Positions 1 to 9,403 are shown, counted from the first letter of the stretch. The stretch is DNA of 64,000 nt from Nitrospirota bacterium (GCA_963790025.1 CAWBMP010000005.1:512001-576000), one strand, 5' to 3'. Numbers and translations: made by a program. The notes: a model not told the origin generated them from the letters alone.

Positions 1-1115
1 GGAATGGTTTCGACTGTATTGGACGTGAGAATGAACATGACAAAAGAAAGGTCGAAGGGCACATCGAGATAGTGATCGACAAAACTGTGGTTTTGCTCCG
101 GGTCCAGTACCTCAAGCAGTGCCGAAGAGGGGTCCCCCTTGAAATCACGTCCCATTTTGTCCAGTTCATCGAGCATAATGACCGGATTTGAAGATTCCGC
201 CCTCCGTATCTCTTCGATGATCCTGCCGGGTTTTGCGCCTACATAGGTACGTCTGTGTCCTCTGATTTCGGCCTCGTCTCTCAACCCGCCCAGTGCTATC
301 CTTGCAAACTTCCTTCCAAGCGCATCAGCAATGGCCCTTCCCATTGATGTCTTGCCTGTGCCCGGAGGTCCTGCAAAGCACAGAACAGAACCCCTGATAT
401 GCTGCGTCCTGGTCCTGCTCTCCAGTGCCTGCCGGACAGCGCCGCGCACTTCATCCAGTTTAAAAGGTTTGGCAAGATAGGAGAAAGCGCCTTTCTTCAT
501 CGCTTCCACAGCAGATGGGACAGTGGCATACCCGGTTACCATTATGACTCTTGTATCGGGCTGTCCCAATCTTATGTTTTCGAGTATCTCCATACCGTCT
601 ACGCCCGGCATTTTAATATCAGAAATTACTACATCGAATGTAGAGGCAGATAACTTGGTCAAAGCATCCCTGCCGTCTTCGGCGGTCATAACTTCATAGG
701 CGTCTTTCTCAAGAATATGTGAGAGGTTTTTACGCGCAACTGCTTCGTCATCGATTACAAGTATGCGGGGCTTTCTGTTCATAATAAGTGACTTTACCGC
801 CAGATGTTCCAGGATTCTCTCTTTGATGGCAGGCAGTCCGTAATGGTTTTTGTCCAGTATCGCTTTCGCGCGTATCAGATCTATGGTGTCCTCAGTCTTC
901 TTATTCCAGGGAAGGGCGGCAAGGTAATGAATATACGTCAAACCGATAGAATATTCGGTGGTCGACGGACCTATCTTGGAAAGGCCATCAAGCTCCTGAA
1001 GAGCGATCTTCTCAACCTGCGGAGGCATGTGTGCTGCCGTGATGAGTTCCTCTAGTTCATCGAGCGCCGGGTCATGCTGATTCTGATCGTCATCGTCCTT
1101 TTTAAAGAATTTCAT
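1..1115 (-). CDS. lon: Lon-type ATP-dependent protease lacking the N-domain, with an inserted response-regulator receiver domain; runs off the window edge
   Basis: Manual translation from ATG 1115: MKFFKKDDDD...LPWNKKTED..HYGLPAIKERILEHLAV, then REC (ILVIDDE..VISDIKMPGVDG..VTGYAT..YLAKPF), then LCFAGPPGTGKTS (Walker A), RGHRRTYVGA, IMLDELDK (Walker B), GDPSSALLEVLDPEQN. Not in the ORF track. Confidence 0.93.
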   Translation of the reverse strand, partial: MKFFKKDDDDQNQHDPALDELEELITAAHMPPQVEKIALQELDGLSKIGPSTTEYSIGLTYIHYLAALPWNKKTEDTIDLIRAKAILDKNHYGLPAIKERILEHLAVKSLIMNRKPRILVIDDEAVARKNLSHILEKDAYEVMTAEDGRDALTKLSASTFDVVISDIKMPGVDGMEILENIRLGQPDTRVIMVTGYATVPSAVEAMKKGAFSYLAKPFKLDEVRGAVRQALESRTRTQHIRGSVLCFAGPPGTGKTSMGRAIADALGRKFARIALGGLRDEAEIRGHRRTYVGAKPGRIIEEIRRAESSNPVIMLDELDKMGRDFKGDPSSALLEVLDPEQNHSFVDHYLDVPFDLSFVMFILTSNTVETI

Positions 1116-1213
1116 GGTCTTTCCGTAACAGGGGTCCAAGTCTTGTCGGGATTGCATGATCGCATCTTGGAACGCACCCTGAATTACATGTTTGTAGTGA
1201 GCTCATTGTCGTA

Positions 1214-1630
1214 TTAATAGCCTCCTGACTTGAGTATTCCAGATGCCGCAACCAACAGTATCAGGACTTCTATAATTGCCAGTACACCGTACACTGTATC
1301 TTTCTTCCTGAAAAATACCGGGATGATTCTTATGTGGCAGAGAATAGTAACACCGGCCAGGAACGCGATACCGACAAAGTTTAGAAGATCGCCTTTGCTG
1401 ATCATGCTCAGACATAGCCATCCCGTATGCATATTGTTAGTCGCAATATATTGTTTTGCCGACATGCCCCAATATTTTGGCAGGTCATTTAAAGGAACAT
1501 GCGGGGCAAGAATACCGGTAAGATAAATGATAAAAGATACAAGTAATATGAGAAGGCCGGCCTGTATCCCTAACTTGAGTATGTTTTCATAAGCAAGCTG
1601 CTCTTCTGTTGCCCTTACTTTCCTATTCAT
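1214..1630 (-). CDS. DUF1634-like small membrane protein
   Basis: MNRKVRATEEQLAY..., about 3 TM helices, GDLLNFVGIAFLA motif; AGGAGA RBS before ATG 1630; follows a TauE gene. Confidence 0.75.
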   Translation of the reverse strand: MNRKVRATEEQLAYENILKLGIQAGLLILLVSFIIYLTGILAPHVPLNDLPKYWGMSAKQYIATNNMHTGWLCLSMISKGDLLNFVGIAFLAGVTILCHIRIIPVFFRKKDTVYGVLAIIEVLILLVAASGILKSGGY

Positions 1631-1699
1631 TAATTTTCTCCTTTGACAGGATATTCTGCACATTGTCTGTTGTCAATTGTCAATGGCTCCTCTCATTAC

Positions 1700-2674
1700 T
1701 CACTTCCAGATTTCAAGACCCTTAAGAAGCATTCTCGACCCGGCATACAGCAGCATGATGATAACGATATAACGTGCTGCCGCCGGCTGTGTTTTTGTCA
1801 GCACTTTCACCCCGACTATTGTGCCAAGTATAACGCCGATTATAGCCGGGACAACCATCATTAACAGTACTGCACCGCCGTTAATGTATATCCACGCCGC
1901 GGAAGTATCTGTGATAGAAAGCAACAGTTTGCTTGTTGCCACAGAAACTTTTAGAGGGGTCCCCATGATCATGTTGAGCACGCTGACATTCTCCCATCCT
2001 GAGCCGAGGCCAAACATGCCGGCTATGATACCGACTAGAATAAAGGTCACAAGTCCCTGCGGGGTCCTGTGTATCTGCCAGTTCATTGCCTGACCTGTTG
2101 ATGTTTTGTAATAAATACCGTTTATCCTAAGTGCCGTTGAAAGGGCATCAGGCTGTGTGACCCTCGGATGTGCCTTTTTTTTAGTTATAAGCATAATGCC
2201 GATAACCACAAGAACAGTTGCTCCGAGAGCGGTCTGTATTATATTGATTGGAAGCGTCAGCCCTATTACTGCTCCAGCAATCGCGCTCGCTGATGTTATT
2301 ACAGTTATCGGCAAAGACAGACGTAAATCCGCCATGCCAATTCTGAGCAATCCCGGACTGGTAGCCAAGGCCCCGGCCAATGTCACAAGAAGACCCGCAC
2401 CCCTCACAAAATCAAGATGGAACGGAAAAAAAACTCCGATTATGGGCACGAAAAGCATGCCGACTCCTATGCGGCCCAGTACGGCCAAGGTGCCCATTAA
2501 GAATGTCACTACAAAAAGCGCTAAGGTCCACACCCACCAAGGAACATTAGATGATGCAACTGCAGCAAGCTCCGAAGGTGCATCTGTCGATGCTGCAGCA
2601 AAGCCAGTCATTGCCCAAGCAACTAAAAAAATGGTTACAAGTAATATCAATAGTGCTGCGTAGCGTCTTCTCAT
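1700..2674 (-). CDS. TauE/SafE (TSUP) family permease
   Basis: Multi-TM protein with GMFGLGSGW..LNMIMGTPLKVSVATSK motif. Confidence 0.85.
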   Translation of the reverse strand: MRRRYAALLILLVTIFLVAWAMTGFAAASTDAPSELAAVASSNVPWWVWTLALFVVTFLMGTLAVLGRIGVGMLFVPIIGVFFPFHLDFVRGAGLLVTLAGALATSPGLLRIGMADLRLSLPITVITSASAIAGAVIGLTLPINIIQTALGATVLVVIGIMLITKKKAHPRVTQPDALSTALRINGIYYKTSTGQAMNWQIHRTPQGLVTFILVGIIAGMFGLGSGWENVSVLNMIMGTPLKVSVATSKLLLSITDTSAAWIYINGGAVLLMMVVPAIIGVILGTIVGVKVLTKTQPAAARYIVIIMLLYAGSRMLLKGLEIWK

Positions 2675-3043
2675 AGCTCCAACCCTGCCTCCTTCCTTTT
2701 ATCGTATTAGTTCCAGTTTTTTTGGAATTTATATTTGTCGCCGGCCGTCTATATGAAACCTCCAGTTATTAATCCCGCTCCCAATTCCCTGAGCATATCT
2801 CTTCCAAAAAATTTTTGGCAACCCGAATATTCAGCTTCTCAATATATAATCCAGCAACTGCTGAATCACTTCTGTTTTTTTCGAGGAGATTCCTGGACAA
2901 CAATACATCATCAAAGCGGTGTTGTCATCTCACCCCAAGGATTATAACATGTAGGCTGAGTCAGATGCAGAGAATCTGGAATACAATTAAAATGGGCGGA
3001 GAACTGAGTTTGAAAAAGCAATTGTGTTTGCCTTTCGGTTACC

Positions 3044-3059
3044 TGCAAGCCAAAAGCCT
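3044..3059 (-). promoter_or_regulatory. possible sigma54 promoter for the leftward tauE-DUF1634-lon operon
   Basis: Minus strand AGGCTTTTGGCTTGCA = GG-N10-GC with TTGCA; about 370 bp upstream of the ATG. Confidence 0.4.
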
Positions 3060-3224
3060 TTATAGCGTTGCAATTTACATCACAGGGCTGTGTTTTGCAT
3101 CTAACAATATTTACCAATAAAAACAATACTATGACATAGGGACAATTTCATCCTGTTATATAATGCAACATTTGTTATTTTATCGGCATATGAGAAAATA
3201 ATGTTGAAACAAGGAGATATATTG

Positions 3225-3240
3225 TGGCATCGAAAATGCA
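3225..3240 (+). promoter_or_regulatory. sigma54 -24/-12 promoter
   Basis: TGGCATCGAAAATGCA = GG-N10-GC, 45 bp upstream of ATG 3286. Confidence 0.65.
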
Positions 3241-3285
3241 ATGTAATTAATAAATAAAACAAAATGCCAGCAAGGAGGAATAAAG

Positions 3286-3453
3286 ATGAAATTATTTGAA
3301 AGGTTTGAAAGAATTATGATGGCGGCAGCTTTTGCGGAAGAGGGAGAGTTTGATACGGCACAGCAGATAATGAAAGAAGATGAGGCAAGGAAGGACCTTC
3401 GTCCCACGCAGAGGAAGCAACAGGATAAACGGCAGGAAATTAGAGCAGAATAA
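3286..3453 (+). CDS. 55-aa small protein, copy 1 (MKLFERFERIMMAAAFAEEGEFDTAQQIMKEDEARKDLRPTQRKQQDKRQEIRAE)
   Basis: Strong RBS AGGAGG; duplicated in tandem; motif shared with the 3639 ORF; below the ORF-track cutoff. Confidence 0.85.
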   Translation: MKLFERFERIMMAAAFAEEGEFDTAQQIMKEDEARKDLRPTQRKQQDKRQEIRAE

Positions 3454-3468
3454 CGAGGAGGAATAAAG

Positions 3469-3636
3469 ATGAAATTATTTGAAAGGTTTGAAAGAATTAT
3501 GATGGCGGCAGCTTTTGCGGAAGAGGGAGAGTTTGATACGGCACAGCAGATAATGAAAGAAGATGAGGCAAGGAGGGACCTTCGTCCCACGCAGAGGAAA
3601 CAACAGGATAAACGGCAGGAATTAAGGGTGGAATAA
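3469..3636 (+). CDS. 55-aa small protein, copy 2 (3 aa differences from copy 1)
   Basis: 183-bp direct repeat of copy 1 including the RBS. Confidence 0.85.
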   Translation: MKLFERFERIMMAAAFAEEGEFDTAQQIMKEDEARRDLRPTQRKQQDKRQELRVE

Positions 3637-3638
3637 TT

Positions 3639-4064
3639 ATGAAAGCAAGTTTTGAAACTTTGATGTCTGCTGTTACATTTGCCGAGTCAGGCGAGTTTGA
3701 TACGGCGCGTGAACTCATGAAGGATGGGAAACGGATATTGGTAGCGGTTGATACCGAAACTTCGGGCAACGGAATATTCAGCTATGCATCAAATATGTGC
3801 AAGAGAATAGGGGCAACTCTGGATGTTTTGTATAACGGCAGTCGTGTTGATGGAGAGTTTGCCAAGAAGTTAGCAAAACTTTTAGCGGATGGTATCAACT
3901 ACAGGTTAGTACAGGGGAAAGGCGATGTAAAGAGGGATATTATCAATTACACGAATGCCCACAGGAATATCATTTTTGCAGTTGTTGATAACGGGATCCA
4001 GGGTCTTCCGCAAATCAGGCAAAGATTAAAATGTCCACTGGTTGTAGTGTCGGGGGCAATATAA
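3639..4064 (+). CDS. protein with the same N-terminal FAExGEFDTA motif fused to a degenerate USP-like domain
   Basis: MKASFETLMSAVTFAESGEFDTARELMK then KRILVAVD...LKCPLVVV. Confidence 0.75.
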   Translation: MKASFETLMSAVTFAESGEFDTARELMKDGKRILVAVDTETSGNGIFSYASNMCKRIGATLDVLYNGSRVDGEFAKKLAKLLADGINYRLVQGKGDVKRDIINYTNAHRNIIFAVVDNGIQGLPQIRQRLKCPLVVVSGAI

Positions 4065-4394
4065 GGAGAATTAAAATAGAAAACCTTTGGGGGAGACAAA
4101 GCGGTCTCTTATAAAAAGAGGATTCCATATCAGGTTGAGTGCCGGCGTTATCATATCGTATTATCCACAGCATTTTAGGCGCCATTCTATAATATAGGGA
4201 TATCTGCAGGCTGATGTTTCTTCAAAAGCATTCAATGTTCGGATAATTGTTATTCAGTCAACAACTGCCATCTGTTTCGACTTGAAAATTAAACTCTTGA
4301 CTCAACATGGACACTAATCGTAAAATCTACAGTTTAGATTCGCTATGATTACAGATGCTTGCCGCGACCGGAATCCGCACCGGAGGTTATTAGA

Positions 4395-5198
4395 ATGAGT
4401 GAAGACAGAGTGCAGAATTCAGTAGTCAGCTTAACGAGAGTGGCGATTATGTTTTGTGTTACTCTCATTTTCATAATGAAGGGAACTGCATCAGCAGCAC
4501 TGACTGTCGCGGTAAACCAAGACCATATCAATATCGGTTTCTTCTATCACGGGAGCACTGTGACTGTCAAGGGCATATCAGACCCCGGTTCTGATTTAAT
4601 TATTAAAGTGACCTCGTCTTATGGCCACCAGTCTCTAAGGAAGAAGGAGAAAGTTGCCGGACTCGTATGGTTGAATGGCGGCGCATTGAAATTTGATCAT
4701 GTCCCCACTTTATATTCTCTTCACAGTACGAAGAAGATCAACGACATACTGAGCGAAGTGGAAAGAGACAAATACGTAATCGGTTATGGGTCCCTGGGCG
4801 GAACAACTTTAATACAACCAGTTGCGGATAAGGCAGAGAAAACAAAATGGTTTAATGAATTTATAAAATTTAAAGAGGATTCCAAGCTTTATTGCAACTC
4901 ATTCGGTGATATATCGGTCAAGACAAATGGCAAGGAACAGGATTATTATGTCCTGATTCCATGGCCGTATCAAGCAACTCCGGGGGAATATATTATCACG
5001 GTATACGCTGCAAAGGACCAAAAAGTCGTTGAAACGGCTGAATCAAAGGTAATTGTGGAACAGGTCGGTCTCGTAAAGGCATTTGCCGAAATGGCAAAAA
5101 ACAGCGCGGTTTTATACGGCATCATTTCGATAGTTGTGGCACTTGTGGCCGGCTTTGTGGTAGGTCTGATTTTCCGGAAGGGTGGGGGTGCCCACTAA
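4395..5198 (+). CDS. TIGR02186-like membrane-anchored protein (usual TauE partner)
   Basis: Signal peptide, GFFYHGSTVTV, RKKEKVAGLVWLN, C-terminal TM ending KGGGAH; GGAGG RBS before 4395. Confidence 0.75.
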   Translation: MSEDRVQNSVVSLTRVAIMFCVTLIFIMKGTASAALTVAVNQDHINIGFFYHGSTVTVKGISDPGSDLIIKVTSSYGHQSLRKKEKVAGLVWLNGGALKFDHVPTLYSLHSTKKINDILSEVERDKYVIGYGSLGGTTLIQPVADKAEKTKWFNEFIKFKEDSKLYCNSFGDISVKTNGKEQDYYVLIPWPYQATPGEYIITVYAAKDQKVVETAESKVIVEQVGLVKAFAEMAKNSAVLYGIISIVVALVAGFVVGLIFRKGGGAH

Positions 5199-5265
5199 CG
5201 TTCTGATTTCGCCCTAAGTCTTTCGTAGGAATGCATCACCAAGTGTGCTGGAGGGGAAAATTAAA

Positions 5266-6123
5266 ATGTATGAGAACATAGTTGTGGGGTTTGACGGTTC
5301 GGAGCACAGCAAATCAGCTCTCAACGAGGTTTGCAACTGGATAAGGCGACATGGTGGGAACGCTGTGCTGGTCCATGCAGTATTCTTTGACGAAGAAGAG
5401 TACGGCACTATTCCCGATCAATTGGAAAGGCGGATGGATATCGGCAATAAAATGTGTTTCCAGGCGCAAGAAGAGATTTCGTCTGCTCTGGGCATCAATC
5501 TTGAGTCGATCATCTGCGAAGGAGACCCCCCTGATACAATAGTGGAGATTGCTGAGAATAAGAAAGCAGATCTTATTGCCATAGGAACACACGGCAGAAA
5601 AGGTATAAAAAAACTTCTTATGGGGAGCGTAACTTCCGGGGTCCTTGCCCATTCTCCCTGCGATGTGCTGGTGGTGAAGAAGTCATGCCCTGCAAGCCGT
5701 GGAGCATATGGGTCTATTCTAGTACCCTTCGATGGCTCCGAATTCGGCAAAAAGGCCCTCTCACAGGCCTGCCGCATAGCTGAGATTGAAGGCAGTAATG
5801 TAACGGTGCTCTATGTAGTTCCGCGCTATGAAGAGATGGTAGAGTTTTATATGACAAGCTCCATAAAAAACAGTCTCACGAAAGAGGCGGAGAAGATCAC
5901 AGGGGTAGCAGCTGACCTCGCGTTAAAGAAGGGAGTTCATGCAAAGTTACTGATAGACTACGGCGATATCGGAAGCAGGATTGCTGAAACTGCCTCCAGA
6001 GAAAAAAATGATTTAATTATTATGGGCACCCGTGGATGGGGCAGCATAAACAAGGTCGTTATAGGGAGTTCCACTGAACGTACAATAATGTACGCCAATT
6101 GCCCGATACTCGTGGTGAAGTGA
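5266..6123 (+). CDS. tandem-domain universal stress protein
   Basis: Two USP domains (IVVGFDGS...GTHGRKG..GSVT..PCDVLVV; ILVPFDGS...GSST..CPILVV). Confidence 0.92.
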   Translation: MYENIVVGFDGSEHSKSALNEVCNWIRRHGGNAVLVHAVFFDEEEYGTIPDQLERRMDIGNKMCFQAQEEISSALGINLESIICEGDPPDTIVEIAENKKADLIAIGTHGRKGIKKLLMGSVTSGVLAHSPCDVLVVKKSCPASRGAYGSILVPFDGSEFGKKALSQACRIAEIEGSNVTVLYVVPRYEEMVEFYMTSSIKNSLTKEAEKITGVAADLALKKGVHAKLLIDYGDIGSRIAETASREKNDLIIMGTRGWGSINKVVIGSSTERTIMYANCPILVVK

Positions 6124-6267
6124 GCAGGTCAAAGTACACAGGAAAGTGCTTATAGCACCGTCTATCGGTTATATCGGAAATCAGCAGTAGTTGCGATGCA
6201 TCGGACCTATCGATTATTCAGAGCTGACCCCGCTGGAAGGAATAAGCTTAAAAAGCCCGAAGAAATT

Positions 6268-7860
6268 TCAGAGTACCACCGCCAATTTTTCCGGAACATG
6301 TCCTTTGTATTGCTTGAAATTATTGCGGAACTGTTCCACCAGGTTCTTTGCGGCTGCATCGTAGGCCGCCTTGTCAGCCCATACATTGCGGGGTTTCAGC
6401 ACATCGGCGGGCACGCCAGGACAGGCCTTCGGGACTATGAGCCCAAAGAAAGACTCCTCCTCAAATTCGCCGTTTGCCAGTGTGCCGTCAAGTGCGGTAT
6501 TGACAAGCACCCTTGAATAGGCAATCTTCATCCGGCTTCCAACGCCGTAGCCGCCGCCGCTCCAGCCCGTATTCACCAGCCAGCAGTCGACTTTGTAGTT
6601 CGAAATCTTTTCATTGAGGAGTTCGGCATAGACTGAAGGATGGAGCGCCATGAACGGGGCGCCAAAGCAGGCGGAAAAAGTCGCCTGCGGTTCGGTAACG
6701 CCTGCCTCTGTACCGGCCACTTTGGCGGTATATCCGGATAGGAAATGGTACATGGCCTGTTCCGGGGTCAACTTGGCAATAGGAGGCAATACACCAAAAG
6801 CGTCGCAGGTGAGCATGATTATATTGGATGGATGCCTCCCCATGCCCGATCGAATTATATTGGGTATATGAGTGACCGGATAGGAGGCGCGGGTGTTTTC
6901 AGTGAAGGAGTCGTCATCCATGTCTATTCTGCGGCTTACCGTATCGATGGCGACGTTTTCGAGGATGGTGCCGAATCTTCTGGTGGTTTGATAGATTTCC
7001 GGCTCCGATTCCACTGAAAGTCTTATGATCTTGGCATAGCAGCCACCTTCGAAGTTGAATATACCATTATTATCCCAGCCGTGCTCATCGTCGCCTATCA
7101 GGGACCGTTTTGGATCAGCGGATAGCGTGGTCTTGCCTGTGCCCGAGAGGCCGAAAAAGATGGCCACATCCCCTTTTCCACCGGCATTGGCCGAGCAGTG
7201 CATGGATAGGATATGGTTTTCATGAGGCAATAAATAGTTCAGGATGGTAAAGATTGACTTCTTGATCTCGCCGGCATAACTCGTACCGCCGATGATGATT
7301 AACCGCTTCGCGAAATTCACGATGATGAAGGTTTCACTGTTAGTGCCGTCAACGGAAGGGATTGCATGAAAACTGGGGGTGTCGATGACTGTAAAGGCCG
7401 GTTTGTGTTTGACCAGCTCCTCCTCAGTGGCCCGGATAAACATGTTCCTGGCAAATAGGGAGTGCCACGCATTTTCGGTAATCACCCTCACCGGGAGGCG
7501 ATGCTCGGGACTTGCACCCGCAAAGCAGTCCTGGACGAACAGGTCCTTGCCATGCAAGTAAGCCAGCAGTCTTTTGTAAAGACCGTCAAATTTGGCCGGG
7601 TCTAACGGCTGGTTCACTTTACCCCAGTTGATATGAGCATGACATGACGGTTCGTCGACGATGAATTTTTCGTTAGCGGCCCGCCCGGTATAATGGCCCG
7701 TTTTAACAGCGACCGCTCCCAAATGGGTAATAAGGCCTTCGCCCCGTCTCACGATCTGCTCATATAGTACAGGGGTGGGAGGGGTCCAAAAGATCAGATT
7801 TGCATTGGTAATTCCGTGTTCTTCGAGGCCCGTCCCTCTGGTAATGTCATTTAATTTCAT
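6268..7860 (-). CDS. pckA: phosphoenolpyruvate carboxykinase (ATP)
   Basis: GTSYAGEIKK, MHCSAN, FFGLSGTGKTTLS, LIGDDEHGW, NFEGGCYAK. Confidence 0.97.
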   Translation of the reverse strand: MKLNDITRGTGLEEHGITNANLIFWTPPTPVLYEQIVRRGEGLITHLGAVAVKTGHYTGRAANEKFIVDEPSCHAHINWGKVNQPLDPAKFDGLYKRLLAYLHGKDLFVQDCFAGASPEHRLPVRVITENAWHSLFARNMFIRATEEELVKHKPAFTVIDTPSFHAIPSVDGTNSETFIIVNFAKRLIIIGGTSYAGEIKKSIFTILNYLLPHENHILSMHCSANAGGKGDVAIFFGLSGTGKTTLSADPKRSLIGDDEHGWDNNGIFNFEGGCYAKIIRLSVESEPEIYQTTRRFGTILENVAIDTVSRRIDMDDDSFTENTRASYPVTHIPNIIRSGMGRHPSNIIMLTCDAFGVLPPIAKLTPEQAMYHFLSGYTAKVAGTEAGVTEPQATFSACFGAPFMALHPSVYAELLNEKISNYKVDCWLVNTGWSGGGYGVGSRMKIAYSRVLVNTALDGTLANGEFEEESFFGLIVPKACPGVPADVLKPRNVWADKAAYDAAAKNLVEQFRNNFKQYKGHVPEKLAVVL

Positions 7861-7866
7861 AGTGAC

Positions 7867-8061
7867 CTATTCGCCGGCATCAGACGAAGAGCTTTTCTCG
7901 AACACCTGAGAATTTATATTGCCGGACTCGGGTCCTCCGCACTCAGGGATATAACAAGTAACGTTGACATATTCACACTTTTCTTTACACGACGGGCAGA
8001 TATCCAGGGGAATATCTGCATCTATTGTATTACCGCATTTGTTACATTTCCATATCGCCAC
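7867..8061 (-). CDS. small rubredoxin-like metal-binding protein
   Basis: WKCNKCG...CPSCKEKC...CYIPECG; GTG start with GGGAGG RBS; 6 bp upstream of pckA. Confidence 0.75.
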   Translation of the reverse strand: MAIWKCNKCGNTIDADIPLDICPSCKEKCEYVNVTCYIPECGGPESGNINSQVFEKSSSSDAGE

Positions 8062-8382
8062 GGGTGCCTCCCTTAAAAAGAAGATCTATTCAACCAACCT
8101 ACCAGTAATTTATAGCCTGAGAGTATATATAAAGTCAAGGCCCTGCACCGAGCCAAAGACCGGAAATGGCGCATTAAAGGAGGTATTGAACGGGAAATGA
8201 CTTTCTTGATCAAAATGTAATTGTTCTGTAACTTTGTTGACTTAACATTCATGCATTCATGTGTGTCGTCATCTGAGAAGTTGTCCTGAGACATTGACAA
8301 TCAGAACAGGACTATGTAATCATTTATCCCAAGCCAAAAACGGTTATGCAGCGTAATAAAAGATAAAAGGGGAGGAATTTTT

Positions 8383-9300
8383 ATGTATCTTTACCTGCCA
8401 GTAGCTTTAACAAGTATCAATGTCCTGGTTCCTGTTGGACTTGGACTGGCCGTGGGACTGCTATCCGGACTCTTTGGCGTTGGGGGTGGCTTTCTCATGA
8501 CACCTCTTCTGATAATGTGCGGCATTCCATCGACAGTTGCAGCAGCAACTGATTCAAATCAGATTGTCGCGGCATCGACCTCGGGCACTTATGCTCATTG
8601 GAAGGTCGGCAATGTCGATTTCAAGATGGGACTTTACCTTTTGGCAGGCGGCTTTGCCGGGGGGCTTCTCGGCGTTGAAGGGATAAAGGTGTTAAGGGCC
8701 ATGGGCAACGCGGATTTTGTCATAAAGATGACATACGTGCTTATGCTCGGCTCAGTCGGCAGCTATATGTTATATGAAAGCCTTTCAAGCATGAGAAAGA
8801 AAAAAGTGCACGAGGCCGTAGAGGAGCGGGAATCGTCATTTGGCAGGTTTCTCAGGTCACTGCCCCTTCAAACATTTTTTGAAAAATCAGGGGTATCACA
8901 CTCGGTGCTTATACCCATTGTTTTCGGCGGCATTGTCGGAATACTTGCGGCAGTTATGGGTGTGGGCGGAGGCTTCCTGATGGTGCCGGTCATGGTGTAC
9001 ATCCTGAGGATGCCCATGCATGTCGTTGTAGGGACAAGCCTTTTCCAGATACTTTTCAATTGTATTGAAGTTACTTTTCTGCAGGCAACTACAAATCATA
9101 CGGTCGACTTTATCCTTGCCGTCCTTTTACTGATCGGTTCTACCGTGGGAGCACAGATTGGGGCGGTCTTTGGCAGGAAACTCAAGGCGGACCAGCTCAA
9201 GGTGATTTTGGCGGTAATAGTGCTCGTGGTTACAGTAAAAATAGTTTTTGAGCTTACGCTTAGCCCGTCGTTGTTCCTGGCTCAATCAGGCGGCCATTAA
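8383..9300 (+). CDS. TauE/SafE (TSUP) family permease
   Basis: GLFGVGGGFLMTP and MGVGGGFLMVP motifs, VVGTSLFQ. Confidence 0.92.
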   Translation: MYLYLPVALTSINVLVPVGLGLAVGLLSGLFGVGGGFLMTPLLIMCGIPSTVAAATDSNQIVAASTSGTYAHWKVGNVDFKMGLYLLAGGFAGGLLGVEGIKVLRAMGNADFVIKMTYVLMLGSVGSYMLYESLSSMRKKKVHEAVEERESSFGRFLRSLPLQTFFEKSGVSHSVLIPIVFGGIVGILAAVMGVGGGFLMVPVMVYILRMPMHVVVGTSLFQILFNCIEVTFLQATTNHTVDFILAVLLLIGSTVGAQIGAVFGRKLKADQLKVILAVIVLVVTVKIVFELTLSPSLFLAQSGGH

Positions 9301-9365
9301 TGGCCGAAATAGTTGAGAAGTCTATAAAGAGCGCCCCCTGCCCGGTGCTTGTGGTAGCGGCATAA
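9300..9365 (+). pseudogene. C-terminal remnant of a USP gene
   Basis: MAEIVEKSIKSAPCPVLVVAA* resembles USP C-termini. Confidence 0.55.
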
Positions 9366-9403
9366 AGATTAGGTATAGGCAAAGGTAAAGATAAGATAAA
9401 AAT

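Noticed and set aside
2735..3126. Short overlapping ORFs in the tauE upstream region
   Set aside because: No RBS or recognisable motifs; AT-rich regulatory DNA.
3273..3636. Tandem repeat considered as a CRISPR array
   Set aside because: Only two 183-bp units, no spacers, each unit is a coding gene, and no cas genes are present.
3180..3769. Minus-strand ORFs with internal repeats
   Set aside because: Antisense shadows of the duplicated small genes.
4161..4169. Perfect DnaA box TTATCCACA
   Set aside because: Isolated; another copy lies inside the MCP gene, and there is no box cluster or origin context.
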